30,534 nucleotides of DNA, from positions 1 through 30,534 of the forward strand of contig DKGH01000188.1 in assembly GCA_002453165.1 (NCBI GenBank), given 5' to 3'. The position numbers and the translations under genes are program-made. Positions 16,076 to 26,318 of the stretch are shown here, one piece after another. Under the pieces are notes generated by a model. That model was given only the letters and a program-made list of their open reading frames with translations. It did no database searches and was not told the DNA's origin. Numbering within the stretch: position 1 is the stretch's first letter; each line of letters starts with the position of its first letter. This stretch comes from Verrucomicrobia bacterium UBA6775 (GTDB lineage: Bacteria; Verrucomicrobiota; Verrucomicrobiia; Limisphaerales; UBA1096).

Positions 16076-18097
16076 TTACCGATCCACCTTGGCCAAGCGC
16101 TTGTTCGAGGTGGCATCGTACACCTCGAACTCCTCGGGGTGCATCCCCTTCTCTGCGCGGAATGAGATTTTCACAAGGTAACGCTTTTCCATGTCGATGA
16201 AAATATCCTCATCCTCGTTCCGCAAGCGATCGAGCACCGTCGGATGCACGTTCACACGCAGGTTGAAGTCGGATTCCTGTTCGCGACGCTGCTCAAGTTT
16301 GTCACGTTTCTTGATGATCTCACCTAGCTTGCGCTGGATGTCCACGCTCATCGTCAGCGAACTCTTCAATTTACCTCGGCCGCTGCAATGTTCGCAGTCG
16401 GAATAGGCCGTGTCGCGCACGCTCTCCGACTGGCGCTGGCGCGTCATCTCCATCAGGCCAAGGTCCGAGATGGGCAGCACGTGTGTCTTGGCCTTGTCCT
16501 TGCGAAGCCCGTCGCGCATCCGCTGGAACACCTCACGCCGATCGCGCGGCGCCTTCATGTCGATGAAGTCCAGCACGATCAGGCCTCCGATGTTTCGGAG
16601 TCGCAGTTGGCGACAGATCTCCTCCGCCGCCTCAAGGTTCACCCGCAGCAACGTTTTGTCCTGTTCCTTTTTGTTTTTGTTCTTATTCCGATGGCTGCCG
16701 GTGTTGACGTCGATCGCGACGAGTGCCTCGGTTTCGTCAATGATGATGTAGCCACCGCTTGGCAACGAAACTTGCCGCAGGTACGCGGTCTCGAGCTGCC
16801 GGGTAATGCCGAACCGGTCGAAAATCGGCTCGGAAGAAGCGTACCGTTGAACCTTCTCGATGGAGCGCTTGGAAATGCGTCCGATGAGTTCCTTTACGCG
16901 CTCCGTCTCCGATGCGTTATCGATGACGATCCGCTCGATGTCCTCGGTCAGGAAATCCCGAACGGTCCGCTCTATCAGGTCCGGTTCCTCAAAAACACAA
17001 CTACCCGGCGACTGGCTATGAACCCTGCCGGTGATTTCCGCCCATGTGTCGAGGAGGATTTTTAGGTCACGAATGAAGTAACCCTTGCGTTGGTTTTGAC
17101 CGGCAGTACGGATGATCACCCCCATGCCGTCCGGGATATTCAGTTCGCGCACGATTTTTTTGAGACGTGAGCGCTCCTCCTTGTTTTCGATCTTACGCGA
17201 AACACCCGACTGCTCGGAGTTGGGCAGCAACACGAGATAACGCCCCGGTAGGAGCACGTTAGTTGTCACGCGTGGCCCCTTGGTGCCGATTGGCCCCTTG
17301 GTCACCTGAACGATCAATTCCGTCCCAGCCGGGTATTTTTTCGGAATATCCTTGTTGGTGATCTTGGGCTTGGACTTCTTCTTTTTGCCACAGTCAACCA
17401 CGTCGTAGGAGGAGTCCAGCGGGCTGGGGATGATGTCCCAGTAATGCAGAAACGCATTCTTCTCGTAGCCGATATCGACGAACGCCGCCTTGAGTCCATC
17501 CTCAAGGTTTCGAATCTTGCCCTTGTAGATGCTGCCCACCATGCGTGGGTCGTCCACGCGCTCAATGGTCAGGTTCTCGAGTTGTCCCTTGACCGTCACC
17601 GCCACGCGGGTCTCAAGGGATTCCGCATTGACGAGGATCTCCTTGTGGGAGTGCTGTATCGGCCGAAATATTCCCTTCACCTTGCTGACGAATTTCTTCG
17701 CCGTGCGCTGTATTTTTTCGGAGACGGAATTGGCGGGTTCTTCCGGCAAATCCACCGGCGTAAAATCACCATCGCCCGCCTGCCCTTTTTTGCCACGGGA
17801 CCGCCTGCCCTTGGGCTTGGGACCTCCGTTGCCATTTTCCTCATTACTAAGTTGGCGCTGCGCCTTGGCCGAATCCGTGTCGGTGTCCGGCGGCAGCCCG
17901 TGCGCCTGGTTCTCGGCGCGAACGATTTCCTTCTCGTGTTGTTTCGTGTTGTAGATTTCATCCTGCGGCGTCTCGATCGTCTCGACATTTTCCCGGGCCT
18001 TTAGGCCGGATCGATCGGGACGACGGTTGAGCCCGCCGGAGGGTTTGAATCTCATGCCGCGTTTATTGCTGCGGCGAAATGAACTCTTTTCAGCCAT
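16076..18097 (-). CDS. Ribonuclease E/G family endoribonuclease (Rng-like context) with a basic N-terminal extension
   Basis: It has an S1 domain (VGSIYKGKIRNLEDGLKAAFVDIGYEKNAFLH), a DNase-I-like core (GGYIIIDETEALVAIDVNTG, NIGGLIVLDFIDM) and a Zn-link CEHCSGRGK. The first 165 aa or so are R/K/G-rich and low-complexity. Confidence 0.9.
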   Translation of the reverse strand: MAEKSSFRRSNKRGMRFKPSGGLNRRPDRSGLKARENVETIETPQDEIYNTKQHEKEIVRAENQAHGLPPDTDTDSAKAQRQLSNEENGNGGPKPKGRRSRGKKGQAGDGDFTPVDLPEEPANSVSEKIQRTAKKFVSKVKGIFRPIQHSHKEILVNAESLETRVAVTVKGQLENLTIERVDDPRMVGSIYKGKIRNLEDGLKAAFVDIGYEKNAFLHYWDIIPSPLDSSYDVVDCGKKKKSKPKITNKDIPKKYPAGTELIVQVTKGPIGTKGPRVTTNVLLPGRYLVLLPNSEQSGVSRKIENKEERSRLKKIVRELNIPDGMGVIIRTAGQNQRKGYFIRDLKILLDTWAEITGRVHSQSPGSCVFEEPDLIERTVRDFLTEDIERIVIDNASETERVKELIGRISKRSIEKVQRYASSEPIFDRFGITRQLETAYLRQVSLPSGGYIIIDETEALVAIDVNTGSHRNKNKNKKEQDKTLLRVNLEAAEEICRQLRLRNIGGLIVLDFIDMKAPRDRREVFQRMRDGLRKDKAKTHVLPISDLGLMEMTRQRQSESVRDTAYSDCEHCSGRGKLKSSLTMSVDIQRKLGEIIKKRDKLEQRREQESDFNLRVNVHPTVLDRLRNEDEDIFIDMEKRYLVKISFRAEKGMHPEEFEVYDATSNKRLAKVDR

Positions 18098-18103
18098 TGT
18101 TTC

Positions 18104-19306
18104 CTAATATGATTTTTTATGTAGTTGCACGTTTTGCAGGACAGCAATCGCAATCAACGAACTAAGCACGGAGGACCCCCCGTAGCTCAGCAGTGGTAGT
18201 GGTATGCCGGTCACTGGCATCACCCTCAGGTGCATGCCGATATTCACGAACACATGGCAAAAAATGAGAGCCACTACTCCCACCGCCAACAGCTTGCCAA
18301 GGCGATCCCTCGCCTCGGCTGCGATCTGCATTCCTTTCAGCAGAATGATCGTGTACAGCGCCAACACAGCTATGCTGCCCAAAAACCCAGTCTCCTCCGC
18401 GATGACGGAGAAGATGAAGTCGTTGTGGGCCACGCCCCTCGGGAGGTATCCCAACCGGGTTTGCGGCCCCTGCCCCCACCCCTTTCCGGTCAACCCGCCA
18501 GAGCCAACCGAAATCTCAGCCTGCCTGATGTTGTGAGTCCGCTCTCGCTGCAACTCACGGGCAGCCTTGCGCTCCGCCGGGGTGGCGTTTGGCGGAGCGA
18601 AATCCTTGTCAAAATAAACCAACAACCGTTGGCGTTGATATTCCTGGAGGGAGATGCGCCAGTCCGCGGGAAAATACAGCGCGTTGATGATCACAAACAA
18701 AACCACCACCGTGGAAGCGCCCAAAAATTTCCCGAGAAAACGAAGCGGCACACCCGCAACAAACATCATCGCGGTGCCGATCGGGAAAAAGACCAGCGAC
18801 GAACCCAGATCCGGTTCTTTTAATATCAACAGGAACGGCAGCGCCGTCATTCCGAGGGCCTTGAGAAAGACCCCTGGCATCAACATCTCCTCGTTTGGCC
18901 GGGTTAAAAAATCAGCCAAGGCGAATATAAACGCCAGTTTCGCAAATTCCGAGGGCTGAATGAGGGTTATTCCCAAATCAAACCAACGCTGGGCACCGTA
19001 GCGCACCACGCCGATGCCGGGAATCAGCACCAAAATAAGTAGGATAATCGTGATCCAGTATGCCGTCCGCGCCCAACCGGCCAAGCGATGATAATCCACC
19101 ACGATAAAAAACAGGCCTAGCGTCAATCCTACGGCATAAAAACCGAGTTGCCGAAAAAAATAGGTATTGAGCAACGGCTCGATCTCGTACTGATCCATCG
19201 CGGCGCTGAGGATGAACGTCGCCCCAAACACCATCAGGCCAAGCAGGCTGAATAGGAGCATTAGGTCGACGCGAAGCTTGCGCAAATGTACCAGAACTGA
19301 CTCCAT
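18104..19306 (-). CDS. rodA: Rod shape-determining SEDS protein RodA
   Basis: Polytopic FtsW/RodA/SpoVE family sequence containing PSEFAKL, GKGWGQG, HNDFIFS and GIPLPLLSYGGSS. ATG 19306 overlaps the mrdA stop by 1 nt. The track start at 19309 is GTG. Confidence 0.9.
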   Translation of the reverse strand: MESVLVHLRKLRVDLMLLFSLLGLMVFGATFILSAAMDQYEIEPLLNTYFFRQLGFYAVGLTLGLFFIVVDYHRLAGWARTAYWITIILLILVLIPGIGVVRYGAQRWFDLGITLIQPSEFAKLAFIFALADFLTRPNEEMLMPGVFLKALGMTALPFLLILKEPDLGSSLVFFPIGTAMMFVAGVPLRFLGKFLGASTVVVLFVIINALYFPADWRISLQEYQRQRLLVYFDKDFAPPNATPAERKAARELQRERTHNIRQAEISVGSGGLTGKGWGQGPQTRLGYLPRGVAHNDFIFSVIAEETGFLGSIAVLALYTIILLKGMQIAAEARDRLGKLLAVGVVALIFCHVFVNIGMHLRVMPVTGIPLPLLSYGGSSVLSSLIAIAVLQNVQLHKKSY

Positions 19307-21363
19307 CACCGCGTGACCAAGCGAGGCCCTCCTTTCCCTTTGTTCCTTTCAATCTCCTGTATCGCACGATAAATCCGACCGGCAATCGGGGCGCAGGTCG
19401 TGCCTCCGGACTCGCCGCTCTCCACCATGACCACGACCGCATAACGCGGTGACTCCACCGGTGCAAACGACACAAACCAAGTAATGTGATCAGTCCGGTA
19501 CAATCGCACTCCGGTGCGCGGATGAAATTTTCCGGTCGGCACCTTCTTTTGAGCCGTGCCGGTTTTGCCCCCGACCGACATGCCTCGGACCCTTGCGGCT
19601 CGGCCGCTGCCATCGCGATCGTCGACGTCCGCCAGCATCGCCTTATGCAACAGCGAGATGGTCTCCGGCTTGAGATTGAGGTCGGCCACCACCTTGCTTG
19701 GAATAACCCGGTTCTGCGCTTGGCCAAGCGCGTGCGGTGATTTCACCCGCAAGATCAGGCGCGGCTGCATCAGCTTACCCCCGTTGGCCACGGCCGATGT
19801 CATCACCGCCATCTGCAACGGCGTCACGATGATCTCCCCCTGACCGATACACAGGTTCGCCACGTCCCCGGCCGCCCAACGCGAGCTTTTGCCGTACTGG
19901 TCTACTTTCTTGAATTCATTCCCACGCGGAGGGAAGTACCCTTCGCCTTCACGAATCGGGCTGGGCAATTCATCGCCATCGATCGCCCAGGGCTGAATGG
20001 TTTTTTTGCCCAACCTAAAACGATTTCCCCAATCCAACAGGATGCGCTTACCCTGCTGCCACTGGTCGGTACGATCGTCCGGTGTCAGTGCATAATGGAT
20101 AAAATACGTGTTACTCGACCGCTTGAACGCCCTGACAAAATCGTAGTCACCCGGAGGGGCTGTGTCATCCAGCGTGTAGTTCGGATACAGCCTCTCGTTA
20201 CGGAAAAAGCCCAGGTTGTAAACCTTGACTTCCGGGTCGAGGATTCCCTCCTCGAGATAGGCGATGGAGGAGATGATCTTAAAAACCGATCCCGGTGGAT
20301 AAGCCACGCCGCCACTACCCACAGCACGATTGAGCCAACGGTTGAGCCGGCTGTCACTGAGCTGGGCAATTTCATCCTTGGAAAAACCTGTGATGAATTT
20401 GTTCGAGTCAAACCCTGGACGTGAAACCAATGCCAGCAGGTCGCCGTTGTTCGGATCCATAACAACCACGGCAGCGCGCGTCTCCGCGCCGTGCGATTTC
20501 AGTGCCTCCTCGGCGGCCAATTGAATGTCTCGGTCAATGGCCAACTCAATATCCTGCCCGGACTTCGGCCACGCCCAGACATCTTCGCTTGTCCGGTAGC
20601 TGATGTTGTTAACCCGGATTGTCTTCGCCCCGGCCTCGCCGCGCAACCTCCGGTCGAACAACCCCTCGAGGCCATCGATACCGGCGTAGTCCGGCAGTCG
20701 GTAGCGATAGGAAAACGGCACCTCTTTGTCGTCCGCCGGTTTATCCTCGCGACGCAGATAACCCAGCGTATGAAACGCCATGTCGCCGTTGGGATACGTC
20801 CGCACCGGGTTGACCGACAAATCAATTCCCGGCACTCCGTGAATGAGTTCCACAAACTTGGCCACCTGATCTGGCGAAAGATCCTGCATCACCGCCAGCG
20901 GCATATAGAGTTTTTGATGATAGTGCCGGTGAAACCGCTCCGAGTCGAGCACGAGCGGCTGGCCAAGACGCATGCTGACCTGCATCGTCAGATTGCTCAC
21001 CACCTGGTACCGCGCTTCGCGACCAAGTTTTCGTTGCGCCGTGCGCCCAAGTTCTCGGCCGTTCTTCAATCGGAAATAATGCTCACGAAAAAGTGGACGC
21101 AACTCATCGATGTAGACGTGCACATCGAACCGCAACCTGTTGACGGCGAGCGGTTGCTTGTTGCGGTCAAGAATCCGGCCGCGCGTGGCTGGCAGGCGAA
21201 TCGCCCTGACAGACTGGTTCTCCTGTTGGCTTCGATAGTCTGCAGCTGTCGCCACCTGCAAATTCCACAGCTTACCGACCAACAGCAGCATGCAGCACAG
21301 GATAAAGATCACCATCAACCTGATCGGGAGATCCTTGCTGCGGAGTTGATCAAAAACGAACAT
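19306..21363 (-). CDS. mrdA: Penicillin-binding protein 2 (elongasome transpeptidase)
   Basis: SxxK (GSVFKI), SxN (SSN) and KTG (GKTGTA) motifs are present with an N-terminal anchor. It lies between mreD and rodA. Confidence 0.9.
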   Translation of the reverse strand: MFVFDQLRSKDLPIRLMVIFILCCMLLLVGKLWNLQVATAADYRSQQENQSVRAIRLPATRGRILDRNKQPLAVNRLRFDVHVYIDELRPLFREHYFRLKNGRELGRTAQRKLGREARYQVVSNLTMQVSMRLGQPLVLDSERFHRHYHQKLYMPLAVMQDLSPDQVAKFVELIHGVPGIDLSVNPVRTYPNGDMAFHTLGYLRREDKPADDKEVPFSYRYRLPDYAGIDGLEGLFDRRLRGEAGAKTIRVNNISYRTSEDVWAWPKSGQDIELAIDRDIQLAAEEALKSHGAETRAAVVVMDPNNGDLLALVSRPGFDSNKFITGFSKDEIAQLSDSRLNRWLNRAVGSGGVAYPPGSVFKIISSIAYLEEGILDPEVKVYNLGFFRNERLYPNYTLDDTAPPGDYDFVRAFKRSSNTYFIHYALTPDDRTDQWQQGKRILLDWGNRFRLGKKTIQPWAIDGDELPSPIREGEGYFPPRGNEFKKVDQYGKSSRWAAGDVANLCIGQGEIIVTPLQMAVMTSAVANGGKLMQPRLILRVKSPHALGQAQNRVIPSKVVADLNLKPETISLLHKAMLADVDDRDGSGRAARVRGMSVGGKTGTAQKKVPTGKFHPRTGVRLYRTDHITWFVSFAPVESPRYAVVVMVESGESGGTTCAPIAGRIYRAIQEIERNKGKGGPRLVTR

Positions 21364-21365
21364 GC

Positions 21366-21926
21366 CTAATCCTTGCCGCGCACGATCTGGCGGTTTTCAT
21401 TGGGCCAACGGTTGGGATCGTATACCGGATGGGAAAACCAGCCGACCAAGCGCTTGGCCAAGCCGTCAAACAACGGCACGGCCGCGCCACAGAACAGCGC
21501 GTTGATCAACGCCCACAGGCCCATCTCCCAGCCGAGCAACGGCATCGCGCCCGTCATCTTCAGCAAGCCGATCTGCATCAACGGCACGATCAACCCGGCT
21601 GTGGTGCCGAGATAAAACTGGGCCACAAATTCACCACCGAGGATTTTCTTCCGAAAGCAGTAAACAACCCACCCCGCAGCAAACAGCGGCAGGATACTGA
21701 CGCCAAGCGGATTGGCGGAGAGACTGTCCAGCCACAAGCCACTCAGCACTGCGGTGGTCGAGATGTGTCCCGCCCCCATTCTCAGCCCAACGCAGACCAG
21801 CAGCGCCGGCGTCAAATCCGGCTGGAACCCCAGCCAGAGCCTTGGCCAATCGAGGTGCGACTGCAGAAAAATGAGAAGATAAGCCCCCAGCAACAGCACA
21901 AGTATCTTGTTGAGGCGTCCTGTCAT
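21366..21926 (-). CDS. mreD: Rod shape-determining protein MreD
   Basis: Small polytopic membrane protein placed directly after mreC, with 1 nt between the mreC stop and this start. Confidence 0.8.
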   Translation of the reverse strand: MTGRLNKILVLLLGAYLLIFLQSHLDWPRLWLGFQPDLTPALLVCVGLRMGAGHISTTAVLSGLWLDSLSANPLGVSILPLFAAGWVVYCFRKKILGGEFVAQFYLGTTAGLIVPLMQIGLLKMTGAMPLLGWEMGLWALINALFCGAAVPLFDGLAKRLVGWFSHPVYDPNRWPNENRQIVRGKD

Positions 21927-21927
21927 G

Positions 21928-22758
21928 TCAGTACTCCGTCAACACCCGCACTTCCTCGAGTTGGTTTAAGTCTGCGTTCAGTTTGACTCGCGCCTCGATG
22001 TAAAGACCGTCCTTGGACAGCCACGAGTCTTCCACCACGCCAACTGGAATCTCCTTCGGGAACGCACCTCCGAGGCCGCTGGTCACGACGGTCTGCCCCG
22101 GGCGCACTTCGGCGTCGTTTGGCAGGTAGGTCAATTCCACTACCCGATAGTCGGAACTGAACTGCCTCGGGGCGACGATGCCGCCCTGGTTGCGGGACTC
22201 CTTGATGAGCGCGGAAAATCGGCAGTTGGGGTCGCCCACGAGAACGGCCCATGAGGTCTTTGGGCCAACTTCAGAAATGCGGCCAACCAACTGTCCCTCC
22301 GTCGAGATGACCGGTTGATTGAATCGAATGCCCGCCTGGCTGCCCTGATTCAGCTTGATCCGCCGCCACCAATTGAACGAATCGCGGCCCACGACCTGTG
22401 CCAGTTCTGACTTCCACGGAATGCGCCGCCCCAAGTTTACCGCCGCGCGCAACCGCTGGTTTTCGGCACGGAGATGGTCCAATTCCATCTTCATGTCGGC
22501 CACGGCAAACTCGGCCTGCACCGCTTGGCCAAGCGCTTGGTTATGGGGGGGATTTCCCGGCTCTGTGGAGGCCGCTTGGCCAAGTGAACTGACCACGCTC
22601 TGGCCAGCCGTACTGACACCGATCACCGGAAGGAACAGCCCCCCGATGGCCGACTTCAGCTTGGCCCGGGCGCTTTCCGGCAGTAGCAGGAGCAGGAACA
22701 CGGTCAGGAGCACTGCCCCGACCGCTGTCTGCTGCGATCTATAAAAAAACTGTTTCAT
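21928..22758 (-). CDS. mreC: Rod shape-determining protein MreC
   Basis: N-terminal anchor, coiled-coil segment (LDHLRAENQRLRAAV), then beta-barrel domains (PVISTEGQLVGRISEV, VVTSGLGGAFPKEIPVG). ATG 22758 is preferred over the TTG at 22770. Confidence 0.9.
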   Translation of the reverse strand: MKQFFYRSQQTAVGAVLLTVFLLLLLPESARAKLKSAIGGLFLPVIGVSTAGQSVVSSLGQAASTEPGNPPHNQALGQAVQAEFAVADMKMELDHLRAENQRLRAAVNLGRRIPWKSELAQVVGRDSFNWWRRIKLNQGSQAGIRFNQPVISTEGQLVGRISEVGPKTSWAVLVGDPNCRFSALIKESRNQGGIVAPRQFSSDYRVVELTYLPNDAEVRPGQTVVTSGLGGAFPKEIPVGVVEDSWLSKDGLYIEARVKLNADLNQLEEVRVLTEY

Positions 22759-22785
22759 CCCGTCTCTCAACGGGACGAACGCACG

Positions 22786-23814
22786 TTATTCGCCGCTGGA
22801 GGAAGCCACTCTCCGGAGGAACTGCAATTCCTGCAGCACTCTGCCGGTTCCCTCGGCCACAGCCGTCAGGGGTGAGTCCGCGATGTGAACCGGCAGGCCG
22901 GTTTCCTCCGCGATCAACTGGTCGATACCCCTCACGAGGGCTCCGCCGCCGGCCACCACGATCCCTCGGTCGACCAGGTCGGCCGAGAGTTCCGGGGGAC
23001 AGCGTTCCAGCGTCAGGCGGATGGACTCCAGAATGTTGTTTAGGGGTTCCTTCAATGCCTCGCGGATCTCCTCGGAGCGAACCGTCATGATCCGCGGCAG
23101 GCCTGCGCTCAGGTCGCGGCCCTTGACATCCATTGAAAGCTCCTCCTCGAGCGGATATGCGGAACCAATCGTCATCTTGATTTCCTCCGCTGTACGTTCG
23201 CCTATCATTAGGTTATAGGCACGCTTCATGTAGGCAACGATGGTGTCGTCAAACTCGTCACCGCCGACACGCAGACTTCGACTGAACACGATGCCAGCGA
23301 GCGATATAATCGCTATCTCGCAGGTGCCGCCGCCGATATCCACGATCATATTGCCCGTGGGCTCATGCACCGGCAGCCCCACGCCAATCGCGGAGGCCAT
23401 CGGTTGCTCGATCAAATACACTTCACGCGCACCGGCGTGGGTGGCTGAATCCTTGACTGCCCGTTTTTCCACCTCGGTGATTCCCGACGGTACCGCCACC
23501 ACCACCCGAGGTGCGATGAGTTTGCGGTTGTGAACCTTCTGGATAAAGTTCCTCAGCATCGCTTCGGTAATCTCGAAGTCGGCTATGACCCCATCCTTCA
23601 TTGGACGGATGGCAACGATGTTGCCCGGGGTACGACCAAGCATCCGCTTGGCTTCGTCCCCCACCGCCAAAACGGTGGTCATGCCGGCCTCGATCGCGAC
23701 GACAGAGGGTTCACGCAAAACGATTCCCCGGTCTCTTACATAAACCAAGGAATTCGCCGTGCCCAAGTCGATTCCAATATCGTTGGAAAACAGGCCTTTA
23801 AGATCGCCTAACAT
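22786..23814 (-). CDS. mreB: Rod shape-determining actin homologue MreB
   Basis: [29 protein letters not shown] and [15 protein letters not shown] are canonical MreB/actin-fold motifs. Confidence 0.97.
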   Translation of the reverse strand: MLGDLKGLFSNDIGIDLGTANSLVYVRDRGIVLREPSVVAIEAGMTTVLAVGDEAKRMLGRTPGNIVAIRPMKDGVIADFEITEAMLRNFIQKVHNRKLIAPRVVVAVPSGITEVEKRAVKDSATHAGAREVYLIEQPMASAIGVGLPVHEPTGNMIVDIGGGTCEIAIISLAGIVFSRSLRVGGDEFDDTIVAYMKRAYNLMIGERTAEEIKMTIGSAYPLEEELSMDVKGRDLSAGLPRIMTVRSEEIREALKEPLNNILESIRLTLERCPPELSADLVDRGIVVAGGGALVRGIDQLIAEETGLPVHIADSPLTAVAEGTGRVLQELQFLRRVASSSGE

Positions 23815-23920
23815 GAATAGCGCCTAAAAACCCTAACGTACGATTTGCACTTCCAGCCCGTCAAGTGAATACCCCTTAAACCGCTAGAAAATCAGGAGTT
23901 ACCGACCCAAAAACGGCGCC

Positions 23921-24889
23921 TCAACGAATCCGAACCTTGGCCACGGGGATGGTCTCGTCGGCGATGTTTCCCTTATTCCCCAGCAAATGAAACTCGATGA
24001 ACGTCCGGAATCGCTCCGGCAACACGCCCCTCCCCCCGCTGTGCCCGCCACCGTCCACTGTCAACAGAGCCGACCGCACCCCGGCCTTCTTCAGCGCATT
24101 GTGCAGCAGCACCGACTGGTTATACGGCACCAACATGTCCTTCGTCCCATGCATGATCAAAAACGGGGCGTCACTCTTGTCCACATACGAAATCGGATCC
24201 GCGGTGAGCGTCCTTTTTTTGTTCTCCTGAATCGCCCCGCCGATCAATTGGCTCTCGGGCGAGTCCGCCGCATCGTGATCGATCCGGCTTTCAAAATCGT
24301 TCATCCGTAGAAAATTCGTCGGGCCGTAATAGTCGATCACACATTGCACCCGCGTCGACTGGTCGGTGTGCGGGCCGATCGATCCATCCATCGCCTCGAC
24401 CCCGGCAGACGTGCCGAGCATCGCGACGAGGTGTCCCCCGGCCGATGTGCCGTGGACGGCAATCCGGTTAGCATCGAGATTGTACTTTTTGGCGTTGGCC
24501 CTGATCCAGCGGATGGCAGCCTTGCAGTCGTGAATCTGCGCCGGCCACTTGGCGTGCTGGCTCAGGCGATACCCGACCGTCACACCCGCGTACTTGCCGG
24601 TTTTCAAATAACCGTGCAGGCGGTTCAGCCCGCCGTCCTTGCTTCCTGCACGCCACGCCCCTCCGTGAATATAGGCGATCACCGGCAGCGGCTTGTCGTT
24701 TCTGCGTTTCAGCGGCAGGGCCATGTCCAGCCTCTGCCGTTCATGATCCGTTCCCGCATAGGCGATGTCTTTCGTGACTTTGAATCCGCTCCAATCCCGG
24801 GTGGGGCGCTTTTGGCGTGAGTCCTGCGCGACCGCTTGGCCAAGCGCCGCGACACACCCCATCACGACTGCCAATCTGGAAAAGTTCAT
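23921..24889 (-). CDS. Secreted alpha/beta-hydrolase esterase (carbohydrate-esterase-like)
   Basis: Signal peptide MNFSRLAVVMGCVAALGQAVAQ, oxyanion HGGAW, nucleophile elbow GTSAGGH and a late Asp/His pair. ATG 24889 is preferred over the track's GTG at 24988. Confidence 0.8.
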   Translation of the reverse strand: MNFSRLAVVMGCVAALGQAVAQDSRQKRPTRDWSGFKVTKDIAYAGTDHERQRLDMALPLKRRNDKPLPVIAYIHGGAWRAGSKDGGLNRLHGYLKTGKYAGVTVGYRLSQHAKWPAQIHDCKAAIRWIRANAKKYNLDANRIAVHGTSAGGHLVAMLGTSAGVEAMDGSIGPHTDQSTRVQCVIDYYGPTNFLRMNDFESRIDHDAADSPESQLIGGAIQENKKRTLTADPISYVDKSDAPFLIMHGTKDMLVPYNQSVLLHNALKKAGVRSALLTVDGGGHSGGRGVLPERFRTFIEFHLLGNKGNIADETIPVAKVRIR

Positions 24890-24906
24890 GCCAAAAACCT
24901 GCCGCA

Positions 24907-24918
24907 CTTGGCCAAGCG
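24907..24918. repeat. Single palindrome copy (CTTGGCCAAGCG) in a divergent promoter region
   Basis: It lies in the 89-bp gap between the divergent starts at 24889 (minus) and 24979 (plus). Confidence 0.9.
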
Positions 24919-24978
24919 ACACAAGCCCGACCCGACTCCGGTCTTGCATCCCGGGCGCCGCTTGGCTTGGATGCCGCC

Positions 24979-26289
<1,311 letters not shown>

Positions 26290-26296
26290 CCGGCAG

Positions 26297-26318
26297 CTCT
26301 TGGCCAAACGCTTGGCTT
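26297..26318. repeat. Degenerate tandem dimer of the palindrome (CTCTTGGCCAAaCGCTTGGCtt)
   Basis: It fills the 27-bp gap between the convergent stops at 26289 (plus) and 26317 (minus), and its last bases overlap the minus-strand stop codon. Confidence 0.75.
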
